Source: a virus (Duplodnaviria; Caudoviricetes). Taken from it: a stretch of 42,555 bases of DNA. Position numbers and translations under genes: made by a program. The stretch lies in IMG/VR virus record IMGVR_UViG_3300037124_000019, positions 1-42,555 of that record; one strand, written 5' to 3'. Each line of letters begins with the position of its first letter. Within the stretch, counting starts at the first letter, position 1. A model generated the notes under the pieces. That model saw only the letters and a program-made list of their open reading frames with translations. It did not search any database and had not been told where the DNA came from. Below, piece after piece: positions 15,928-24,498 of the stretch.

Positions 15928-15982
15928 CCCATTGACAATTGTCCAAATTCAGTAGCAGACTGATCTAGAGGAGTATAGCTTT

Positions 15983-16795
15983 ATGGCAAGCAACTTTTTG
16001 GAGGACTTGGAACCTGTTGAGTCCAGCCAAGGCGGTGGCCAACCGACGCCCGACGACACTACGCCGGGTGACGACGCTACGGTACAGCAGGGTGGCAATG
16101 GCTCTGATTCCCCGCCAGAAGGCGAGGCCGGTGAGCAATCTCAAGGGACAACAAGCACTGATGTTGTTGCCCGGCAACCTGCAGCCGTGGATGGTGACCT
16201 CGTCAAGGCGCGCGAAGAGGCGGCGTATTGGCGGGGAGTGGCCGAAGCGGCGGCCAGAAATGGTCAGAGTGCGACACCAAAGACTCCGGACTTGACGGAA
16301 GAACAGCTCAAGGAACTCGAAGATCGTTTCCTGGTCGACCCGAGAGGGGAGACACAGAAAATTATCGGTGAAGTACTTGGAGCTGAGCTCAAAAGGTTCA
16401 CCCAGCAACAGAGCGTCTCACGCATGATGACTGAGGTGGACGATTACGATACCGTTCATCAGAAGGTGAACGAGAGATACAATCGTGATCCAGCCTTCCG
16501 AGCTCACATCGATTCTCAAGTCCTTAATCATCCAGATCCAGCCCGAGTCCTTTATCAAATCGGCAAGCATATGGACTCTTTCACCGCCAACCCAGTGGAC
16601 AAAGACGCTGAGAGAAAGGCAATGGAAGAGAAGATACGCGCCGAGGTAGAGGCCGAGCTCAAGAAGAAGTTTGCGCTCCAGGAAGCCGGCAACACGCCAC
16701 CAACCCCGGCCACTGCCAAAGGTAGCGGCGGGACGTCGCCGGCAAATCCAAGCGGGAATGACCCAGACCCTCTGGCGAATAACCCGTTCGATTGA
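15983..16795 (+). CDS. Scaffolding protein
   Basis: Acidic low-complexity N-terminus, helical core, P.PA...YQIGK motif; directly before the capsid gene. Confidence 0.8.
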   Translation: MASNFLEDLEPVESSQGGGQPTPDDTTPGDDATVQQGGNGSDSPPEGEAGEQSQGTTSTDVVARQPAAVDGDLVKAREEAAYWRGVAEAAARNGQSATPKTPDLTEEQLKELEDRFLVDPRGETQKIIGEVLGAELKRFTQQQSVSRMMTEVDDYDTVHQKVNERYNRDPAFRAHIDSQVLNHPDPARVLYQIGKHMDSFTANPVDKDAERKAMEEKIRAEVEAELKKKFALQEAGNTPPTPATAKGSGGTSPANPSGNDPDPLANNPFD

Positions 16796-16823
16796 GAATG
16801 CCGGTGACGCGTAGGAGCGTCAC

Positions 16824-17894
16824 ATGGCCGATATGGCAGTCGCCGATGCATTGAAGGTAGAGCAGTGGTCCAAAAAGCTCGCCTTTGAATACGTACGAGA
16901 CAACAAATTCCGACCACTGATGGGAAAGTCCGCAAACGCTCCCATCCAACAAATCACCACACTTGAGAAACAGGGGGCAGGGATCGAGGTCACCGTCCCA
17001 TTGATCACCCGCCTGGAGGGGGACGGAAAGACTGGCGATGATACCTTGGTAGGATCCGAGATTGAGCTCGGCAACTACGGGCACAAAATCACCATCGACC
17101 AAATCCGCCAGGCTGTCAGGCGAGGGCGTTTCGAGCAAGCCAAGACGTTCTTCGACCTGCTCGAGGCGGCACGACCCATGCTCAAAAAGTGGGCAATGGA
17201 AAAGGTGCGCACCGACATCATCGTGGCGCTGTACTCGCCAAATGTCGATGGGTCGACCGCATATGCGAGCTGCAGCGAGGCACAAAAGGACGCCTGGCTG
17301 GCAGCCAACACCGATCGGGTTTTGATGGGGGCTGCAAAGAGCAATAACGCCACCGACGATCACAGCGCGGCTCTGCTCAACATCGACAGCACCAACGACA
17401 CCATGACGGCTGAAATCGGATCGTTGATGAAGCGGATGATCAAAAGCACGACCGGCCGTCATGTGACTCCCACGTCGGTTAGCAACCAGGGAGAGTTTTT
17501 CATCTGTTTGTGCCCGTCGTTGCCGTTTCGAGATCTCAAAGACAGCACAACAATGGAGCGAGCAAACCGCGAGGCCATGGCCCGCGGCAGGAACAATCCC
17601 TTATTCGTCGATGGGGATTTGATCAAGGACGGGGTCATCTACAAGGAGATCGAGGAAATCCCCGTCCTAAGCGGCGTCGGCAACGGTGGTATCGACGTTG
17701 CAGCTTGCTTTTTTCTTGGGGCCCAGGCGGTCGGTGTGGCGGTCGGTGAGAAGCTTCACGCCATCTACCACGACGATGACTACGGCAACCTCAAGGGTCG
17801 AGGTGTCGCCGAGATCCGCGGGGTCGACAAGTTGATGTGGAACAGTGTCCAAAACATGGGCACGATCTACGTTGCTGCCGTCGCCGATACCTGA
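16824..17894 (+). CDS. Major capsid protein (DUF4043 / N4 gp56-like)
   Basis: L.G.GK.GD.TL.G.E..L......I.IDQ.RQAV motif, NPLF, FLGAQA; position in the head module. Confidence 0.92.
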   Translation: MADMAVADALKVEQWSKKLAFEYVRDNKFRPLMGKSANAPIQQITTLEKQGAGIEVTVPLITRLEGDGKTGDDTLVGSEIELGNYGHKITIDQIRQAVRRGRFEQAKTFFDLLEAARPMLKKWAMEKVRTDIIVALYSPNVDGSTAYASCSEAQKDAWLAANTDRVLMGAAKSNNATDDHSAALLNIDSTNDTMTAEIGSLMKRMIKSTTGRHVTPTSVSNQGEFFICLCPSLPFRDLKDSTTMERANREAMARGRNNPLFVDGDLIKDGVIYKEIEEIPVLSGVGNGGIDVAACFFLGAQAVGVAVGEKLHAIYHDDDYGNLKGRGVAEIRGVDKLMWNSVQNMGTIYVAAVADT

Positions 17895-17913
17895 TAACAC
17901 AGAGACATGGCTC

Positions 17914-17941
17914 GCCGTTCCCGCTTCACGGCGGGGGCGGC
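17914..17941 (+). terminator. GC-rich hairpin after the capsid gene
   Basis: GCCGTTCCCGC-loop-GCGGGGGCGGC; no U-tract, so it may be a stabiliser or attenuator instead. Confidence 0.45.
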
Positions 17942-17967
17942 TGTCATGCAGCAAAGGAGTTTTAATC

Positions 17968-18435
17968 ATGCCAACATTCACGTATTTGGGAATGACCGAC
18001 AAGGAGAAGGAAGCCATCGCCGAGCGCCAAATGGAGCTGAACCCTTTGGTGCCGCCCGACAAGCGCGGGCATCCACCCGAGTATCGGATCGACAAAAACG
18101 ACGATGAGGACCTCAAGGAACAGAAGCGCGAGCGCAAGAAAAAGTGGCTAGCCGCCATGAGGGCTGAGATCATCAAGAGCATCGAGGACAACGACAAGCA
18201 GAGGGTCTTCCAAAACTCCTCAGTCATCGGGAGCAAAGGCAAAATCGTCTTCAAGAAAGGCGTGCCGGTATTTCTCCCCGATCATCATCCACTCGTGCCG
18301 AAGCTACGCGACCTATCGGCTGGCCAGCCGCAAAAAAAGCGCTTTGATGGCCACCAAGTCGTCGTGCACGAGCAGTTCAAGATGGAGAAGGGCGACACGA
18401 CGTCGGCGGCCGCGCAGCAGAACAAGAAGCCCTAG
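17968..18435 (+). CDS. Hypothetical protein, head module
   Basis: RBS AAGGAG before ATG 17968. Confidence 0.75.
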   Translation: MPTFTYLGMTDKEKEAIAERQMELNPLVPPDKRGHPPEYRIDKNDDEDLKEQKRERKKKWLAAMRAEIIKSIEDNDKQRVFQNSSVIGSKGKIVFKKGVPVFLPDHHPLVPKLRDLSAGQPQKKRFDGHQVVVHEQFKMEKGDTTSAAAQQNKKP

Positions 18436-18444
18436 GGTTAATCG

Positions 18445-18783
18445 GTGTCCTGGTCGGACAGCAAACTGTACGAGATGACCCTCAAATACATGGGGGTCAC
18501 GCCTATGGGGCAATCTCCTTTCGCCGAGGACGTGGCGTTCGTCGAAGCGGCTTGGGTCTCTGTGTACGATCAGCTACAAGACCCAGACTTGGTGCCGTTC
18601 CCTCCGGACGACATACCCGACTACGCGTGTTGGCCAATCATGAAGTATCTTGCCGTCGAGGTGGGCCCGCGTTATGGGAAGGTCTATCCAGAAGACGTCA
18701 AGAACATCGCGTTGTCGGAGCTGAACAGGTCCAGATTCGGTGGAGCCACAGGAGCATTGCCCGCCAAAGCGAAGGATTACTGA
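18445..18783 (+). CDS. Head-to-tail adaptor (P22 gp4-like)
   Basis: Small helical protein (L.YMGV...GQ, YLAVEVGP.YG) before the gp10-like gene. Confidence 0.65.
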   Translation: MSWSDSKLYEMTLKYMGVTPMGQSPFAEDVAFVEAAWVSVYDQLQDPDLVPFPPDDIPDYACWPIMKYLAVEVGPRYGKVYPEDVKNIALSELNRSRFGGATGALPAKAKDY

Positions 18784-20183
18784 TGCCCGCTCCAGTAGCT
18801 CTACCTTTCTGGACTCAAAGCTGGGAGTCCAGATCGCGTAAAGTGACGTCGGAGCGCCTCGAGAACTGGTATCTCGAGCGCAACCCGGACAATGCTAAAT
18901 TCCCCTACGCACTATACCCAACGCCTGGTCTAAAGCTTTTTGCTGAGGTAGGCGAGGGTCCAATACGTGGGTTGCACCGCATAAATGACGAGTTGTTCGT
19001 CGTTAGCGGCAAAAGGTTGAAACGCGTATATTCAACCGCCACTTCGGAAGACCTAGGGGAAATCAAAGGAGTTGGGAACGTGCATACCGCCGGTAACGAC
19101 CAACACGTTTTGGTTGTTACCGGTGGGCAGCATGCTTATGCCGTCAACGGCGATGGTACAATAAGTATCGCCGAGGACAATATGGTAGGCGCAGCTTACC
19201 AAGACGGGTACGGTATTTCTGTAAAGCGCGGTACCGAGATGTTCTACATCTCTGACGTAGACGATCTAACTGGATGGTCTGGAGATTTCTCCAGTGCTGA
19301 CGTTTTGGCAGATCCTGTTCTCTCTGTGCTTTCTCTCCATAGAAATCTTGTCCTTTTAGGGCGCGATTCAACAGAATGGTGGAGCAATACAGGAGCCGCC
19401 GATTTTCCATTTGCCAAAGTTGCTGGTGGGTTTGCTGAAATCGGAATAGTAGCACCCGGTTCAGCGGTCAAGGGTGGAAACACGGCTTTTTGGCTCGGGC
19501 AGGAAGGTAAAACAGGCGGGAAAAATGTTTACGTTGCAGACGGATTCCAGCCAAAACCTATCTCTTCGCCCGGGATTTCCCACCAAATAAGTAAGCGTAA
19601 CTCTCCACAATCTGCCTGGGGGTTCACTTACTCCCAGGAAAGTCATACTTTCTACGTCCTGAACTTTTCGGATAAGACCATGGTCTACGATCTATCAACC
19701 GGACTATGGCATTACCGGAAGAGTAAGGGTATTGGTAGGTGGCGGGCCAATTGTCATGAATATGTATGGAATAAAAACATCGTCGGCGATTATGAGAACG
19801 GGAAACTGTATGAGTTAGACCTAGATACCTACGACGAAGACGGCGAGACAATACGACGCGAAGCGGACACAGCCCCGATACATGGCCGTGGTGATATGGC
19901 CATCATGCATGAGCTGTTTTTCGACATCGAGATGGGAGTTGGTCTTGACGGTAGCGTGCAAGGAAGTGACCCAGAGCTCATAGTGTCTTGGAGCGACGAC
20001 GACGGTAGAACGTGGAGCAATGAAATCACTGTGAAGCTTGGTAAAATCGGTGGGTATAAGTCGCAAGCTCGCCTGTGGGGATTAGGGCAATACCGTCAAA
20101 GGTCGATTAGAATTGCCATATCGGATCCTGTGCCGGCACATATCATGGGATTGTGGGCGAACATTGAGGCAACGCCGACATGA
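18783..20183 (+). CDS. DNA stabilisation / tail hub protein (P22 gp10-like)
   Basis: LYPTPGL, G.IRG, H.FYVL.F...T.VYD..TG.WH and SWSDD.G.TWS motifs. Confidence 0.9.
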   Translation: MPAPVALPFWTQSWESRSRKVTSERLENWYLERNPDNAKFPYALYPTPGLKLFAEVGEGPIRGLHRINDELFVVSGKRLKRVYSTATSEDLGEIKGVGNVHTAGNDQHVLVVTGGQHAYAVNGDGTISIAEDNMVGAAYQDGYGISVKRGTEMFYISDVDDLTGWSGDFSSADVLADPVLSVLSLHRNLVLLGRDSTEWWSNTGAADFPFAKVAGGFAEIGIVAPGSAVKGGNTAFWLGQEGKTGGKNVYVADGFQPKPISSPGISHQISKRNSPQSAWGFTYSQESHTFYVLNFSDKTMVYDLSTGLWHYRKSKGIGRWRANCHEYVWNKNIVGDYENGKLYELDLDTYDEDGETIRREADTAPIHGRGDMAIMHELFFDIEMGVGLDGSVQGSDPELIVSWSDDDGRTWSNEITVKLGKIGGYKSQARLWGLGQYRQRSIRIAISDPVPAHIMGLWANIEATPT

Positions 20184-20623
20184 GTTTCACAATCAAACGA
20201 TCGCCACCGCCGAACCACAGGCTCGTAGATCAATACAGGATGATTGATCAATTCTGGTACACGTTTGTCCAGAGGCTGGTGGCCACCGACGACGATGGTA
20301 CTGTTCTCATTACACAGGAGGACCTTCATTCTCCTACGCTTCTAAATGGATGGACTCAAAAGGCATCCTATGAAACGGCAGGATACTGGAAGGATTCATG
20401 TGGCGTGGTGCATTTGCAGGGCGCTATCACTGGCGGAACAAGCGTGGCTCACACGCCGTTGTTCCTCTTGCCTGATGGCTATCTACCATCAGCTAGAGTT
20501 GACTTTATCGACGCAGGTTCGACAGTGCTCTATGTTGATACATCGAGCGGTGAATTAAGAATCGCAAGCGGTACACCCGCAGATATTTTCCTGGACAGTA
20601 TTACCTATAGGGCGTACGCATGA
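20180..20623 (+). CDS. Tail accessory protein with fibre-type C-terminal beta domain
   Basis: LLNGW....Y.KD..G.VHLQG.I.GGT....LF.LP.GY.P motif. Confidence 0.7.
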   Translation: MSFTIKRSPPPNHRLVDQYRMIDQFWYTFVQRLVATDDDGTVLITQEDLHSPTLLNGWTQKASYETAGYWKDSCGVVHLQGAITGGTSVAHTPLFLLPDGYLPSARVDFIDAGSTVLYVDTSSGELRIASGTPADIFLDSITYRAYA

Positions 20624-21078
20624 ACGTCGGTGAAGCTCAGACAAGCGATATTGGCCGAATCATACCGATGACCAGAGCCTTCCATCATGCAGCTAGGCTG
20701 AATGACTATGCTGCATGGGACGAGGGCAAATGGTCAGCATGGCTGACAGCCTGCATCGAGCACGACTCAGGGCTGTGCATTTTGGCCACCAATGGCAGCG
20801 AAGTACCTGTAGGCTTTGCGACAGCTGTTGTAGTGCCTTCCTACTGGGACCCTGACGTGCTAGTCTGTCAGGAGACAGTGCTGTGGTGCGTGCCAGAATC
20901 ACGCGGTGAGGGAGTCGGTAAAGCGATGATCAACGCGGTGGCGGATTGGGGGAAAGCCAAAGGATGCGTTGTGATGGCTGTCGGCACTCAACAGCACATG
21001 GAGCCACGCAAAACCGCTGTGGTCTATAAAAAGCTAGGCTTCGAATTGGTGGAAAAAGCCTACTCTAGGAGGTTGTAA
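20620..21078 (+). CDS. GNAT acetyltransferase-like protein (P22 gp14 position)
   Basis: PESRGEGVGKAMI and YKKLGF motifs. Confidence 0.85.
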   Translation: MNVGEAQTSDIGRIIPMTRAFHHAARLNDYAAWDEGKWSAWLTACIEHDSGLCILATNGSEVPVGFATAVVVPSYWDPDVLVCQETVLWCVPESRGEGVGKAMINAVADWGKAKGCVVMAVGTQQHMEPRKTAVVYKKLGFELVEKAYSRRL

Positions 21079-21079
21079 A

Positions 21080-23047
21080 ATGCCTTGGTTAGCTGCGGCG
21101 GCTGTAGGTGGTGCTCTGATATCTGGGGTGGGAGGCTATTTGGCGGCCAGAAAGCAGGGCGACACCAGCAAAGAAGCTCTGAACGCTCAGCTAAGGGCAG
21201 CACAAGATGCCCAAATGCGAGCCCAACTAGGCTCGGAAAACATCTACCGGATGCTCGGCGAAACAGGAGGAGCCGCCCAGGGAGTATTGAGGGACAGCAT
21301 CCAGCAAGCCCAAGCTGACATTGCTGGGGCAGGCATTGGCCAACGAAAGCTGCTGGAGAGCGGACTTGAGCAAGCGCGGCAAGATTTAGCCTCCGGTAGG
21401 ACAGGAGCGCTGGACTATTTGAGAGGTGGCCTGCTCGGTGCTCAACAGCAATTGACGCAGGGTGGACAGCAAGCCATCGGACTTTACCAGAGAGGGCTCC
21501 GAGAAGCCCAGGACGTCACGAGACGCGGCGGCGAACAGACCCTGGATTATCTGCGGCAGGGGTTTGGTGGAGCCCAGGACGTCATCAGCCGCGGCGGTGA
21601 ACAGACCCTGGATTATCTGAGGCAAGGGTTTGGTGGCGCTGAGCAAGCCCTAGGCAGAGGAGCCGACATATACGCCAGCGGCATGCAGGGAGCGCTTGGG
21701 GCGCTTGGCGGGGCCCGTGGTGACCTAACGGTAAGACAAGCACAGGCTGAACGAGCTTTGATGCAGGCTGGCGGAGATGCCCGTGGTGCACTCACAGGCG
21801 CCGCCGGCCGCGCAGAGGGTGCTCTGTCCCCTTTGATCGGTCTCCAATCTCTCGGCCCCCAGGCGGCTCAGGCGTTGAGCACCAGAGATGTCACTGGTGC
21901 GCCGAGCCGTGTGGAAGAACTTCTAGGCCAAGACCCATACGCCGATTTCCAGGAGGACCCAGGTTTCCAATTCAGGCAGCAAGAGGGCGAAAAAGCCATA
22001 CAGAGAGCGGCATCGGCCGCAGGTGGCCGCTTATCATCCAACACGCTTCGAAATCTGGCGCGGTTCAACCAAGAACTGGCCAGTCAGGAATACGGCAATT
22101 TCGCCCAGCGCCAGCTGGCCGCCCGTGGACAAACGCTGGGCGCCGCTGGACAGGCAGATGCTCTACGTCAACAGGCCCTACAAAGCCAAGCCGGTATGGA
22201 GCTACAAGCGGGGTTAGCTGCTCAAGCAAATCAGATGGGTCTGGCGGGACTCGGGTTCGGTGCTCAGCGTCAGCTGGCCGATATTCAAACAGGCCTGGGT
22301 CAGAACCTCGCGAATCTGGCTATTGGTCAGGGTGGGGCGATAGCAGCTGGGCGGCAAGCTCTCGGCACCGGCCTTGCTGGATTAGGGCAGCAAGCCGCCG
22401 GTATGCAGATGACTGGCGCGGGACAGCTATCCGGCATTCAGGCCAACCTCGCGAATCTGGCGACACAGGGAGGCCAGGCTATGGCCGGTGCGTACGGTCA
22501 GAACGTCGCCAACCTCGCGAATCTGGCGACACAGGGCGGCCAGGCTATGGCTGGTGCGTCCGGTCAGAACGTCGCCAATCTCGCGAATCTGGCCATGCAG
22601 GGCGGCCAGGGGCTCGCTGGGTTGCGCGGCCAGAACGCGGCCAACCTCGCGAATCTGACTATGCAGGGCGGCCAGTCTATGGCTGGCACATATGGACAAG
22701 GGATGACCAACCTCGCGAATCTGGCCATGCAGGGCGGCCAGTCACTGGCGAATCTCCATGGGCAGACATACGGCAATATCGCCAATATAGGCATGCAGGG
22801 TGGTCAATCGCTGGCTAGCCTGATTTCTGGCACCGGAGCCCAGCAGGCGAATGCCCTGCTCTCAGGATTGGGTGCGCAAGCAAACCTCACTCAGGCCACC
22901 TTGCCTATGTACCAAGCGCCGGTGCAATATGCTGGCCAAGGCACAGCGGCTATTGCGAACGCGGCTAACCAAGCCCTTAGCAATATGCTATTTCTTGGGG
23001 CCTCTCAAGGAATGTTTGGAGGGAGCCCAGCCGAATACAGGCTCTAG
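21080..23047 (+). CDS. DNA ejection/pilot protein with 22-aa G/A/Q-rich repeats
   Basis: Hydrophobic Gly/Ala N-terminus; DPGFQFR..EG.KAI.R.ASA.GG.LS..T motif; 66-nt repeats. Confidence 0.8.
   Translation: MPWLAAAAVGGALISGVGGYLAARKQGDTSKEALNAQLRAAQDAQMRAQLGSENIYRMLGETGGAAQGVLRDSIQQAQADIAGAGIGQRKLLESGLEQARQDLASGRTGALDYLRGGLLGAQQQLTQGGQQAIGLYQRGLREAQDVTRRGGEQTLDYLRQGFGGAQDVISRGGEQTLDYLRQGFGGAEQALGRGADIYASGMQGALGALGGARGDLTVRQAQAERALMQAGGDARGALTGAAGRAEGALSPLIGLQSLGPQAAQALSTRDVTGAPSRVEELLGQDPYADFQEDPGFQFRQQEGEKAIQRAASAAGGRLSSNTLRNLARFNQELASQEYGNFAQRQLAARGQTLGAAGQADALRQQALQSQAGMELQAGLAAQANQMGLAGLGFGAQRQLADIQTGLGQNLANLAIGQGGAIAAGRQALGTGLAGLGQQAAGMQMTGAGQLSGIQANLANLATQGGQAMAGAYGQNVANLANLATQGGQAMAGASGQNVANLANLAMQGGQGLAGLRGQNAANLANLTMQGGQSMAGTYGQGMTNLANLAMQGGQSLANLHGQTYGNIANIGMQGGQSLASLISGTGAQQANALLSGLGAQANLTQATLPMYQAPVQYAGQGTAAIANAANQALSNMLFLGASQGMFGGSPAEYRL
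22445..22774 (+). repeat. Five tandem 66-nt coding repeats
   Basis: AAYCTCGCGAATCTG at 22445, 22511, 22577, 22643 and 22709. Confidence 0.85.
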
Positions 23048-23058
23048 GAGTGTGATGA

Positions 23059-24498
23059 ATGCCGCCTCTTGTCCAGCAGTTCGATCTTGCCAAAATCTTC
23101 TTGCAGGCTCAGCAAGCCACCGCCAACAGGCAACGCCTCGAGGCCAATAGGGAAGCTCTCGAGCGGCAACGACGGCAAGAAGCATTCGCTCAAAAAGTGC
23201 AGCAGGCCCAAGCCAGGGTATTTCAGGCCCAAACCCCACAGGCCCGCCAGCAAGCGGAGGCAGACCTTGGGCTACTCGACTCCGAGCGTCTAGCCAACAT
23301 ACGCGCCGAGAGGCGCACCCAGGAGGCTCATGACCTCGAGCAGTCACGCAAACGGCGCGAGCTCACGATCGATCGCAACCTAGCTGGGGCCCAGGTCATG
23401 GAAGAGATGCTGCCGGCTGCCATCGTCAATACTGAAGCCGGCCCCCAGGTGGACATCGGGGCCCTATTTGGCGCCACTTCGAGGATGAGCCAGATGGCTC
23501 AGCAAGGCCTCGTAGACAAGGCTCAAGCCGCGCGCATGCAACAGCTATTCAGGCAAGCCCGCCAAGCAACCGCCCGCGGTGCCCAAGGGATGCTCACCGG
23601 CGAGCAGATGGCCGAAGAGATGCGCGGCGTCGCCGGGGGCGTCCAGGAACTTCTCGCCGGTGCTAAGCAGGGTGTAGAGCTGTTCGGTGATCCAGACAAG
23701 CGCCAGAGGTTCCAGGCCCAGCTCGAGCAGATAGGCGGCCGAGCGTTTGAGATTGCTGGCGGCGAAAACGACTACGAGTGGCAAGTCAAAAACAACCCGG
23801 AGGCGGTTTCGCAAGCGAGGAGCGAGATCGAAGCTAGCAAGTTGGCGCGCGCTAAAGCCACAGCACCGAGGTTTGTGATTCGGGAAGGTCAGGAATATGA
23901 CCCGGTGACCAAGGGCGCACGTACCAAATTGCAAAAAGATATGTTTGCCTCGCAGTCGATGCTCTCAAACTTGAAATCCATCGATATCGAAAGGGCAGGC
24001 GAATTCCAGACGATTCAAGCAGGGGCAAAAGCCGCTGGGGCTAAAATCCTCGACGCGTTTGGAGTTCTTAGGCAATTAGGAGGAGCCTCTGCTACGGAAT
24101 TTATTGGTGGGCGGCGAGTATTCAGGGAAAAGATAAACAGAGTTTTCAATTCGTATCGGCAGCAAATAACAGGTGCAGCAGCGTCGTTCACAGAGCTGGA
24201 ACGTTTAAAAAATTCCATCATGAACACCGATTTAGGGCCCGAAGAACTCAAGGCCTCATACGAAGCATTTGTCTCTGAGATTGAACGGCTGGATCGCATC
24301 CGTCGCCGCGTCCTACGAAAAGGCATAAATATTTCTGACCCTGAGTCATTCGGAATAGCCATTGACGAGGAGTACGCCAGAGACAAAGGCATCAGTTACG
24401 ACGAAGACGTGGCTCCAGTAATCGAAGATTTGCGACGACGAAATCCAGGCATCTCAGATGAAGAGATCGAACGTAACCTCGAGGTACTGGGCCTATGA
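23059..24498 (+). CDS. Putative DNA ejection protein 2
   Basis: Helical Q/A/E/R-rich sequence; synteny with P22 gp7/gp20/gp16. Confidence 0.65.
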   Translation: MPPLVQQFDLAKIFLQAQQATANRQRLEANREALERQRRQEAFAQKVQQAQARVFQAQTPQARQQAEADLGLLDSERLANIRAERRTQEAHDLEQSRKRRELTIDRNLAGAQVMEEMLPAAIVNTEAGPQVDIGALFGATSRMSQMAQQGLVDKAQAARMQQLFRQARQATARGAQGMLTGEQMAEEMRGVAGGVQELLAGAKQGVELFGDPDKRQRFQAQLEQIGGRAFEIAGGENDYEWQVKNNPEAVSQARSEIEASKLARAKATAPRFVIREGQEYDPVTKGARTKLQKDMFASQSMLSNLKSIDIERAGEFQTIQAGAKAAGAKILDAFGVLRQLGGASATEFIGGRRVFREKINRVFNSYRQQITGAAASFTELERLKNSIMNTDLGPEELKASYEAFVSEIERLDRIRRRVLRKGINISDPESFGIAIDEEYARDKGISYDEDVAPVIEDLRRRNPGISDEEIERNLEVLGL

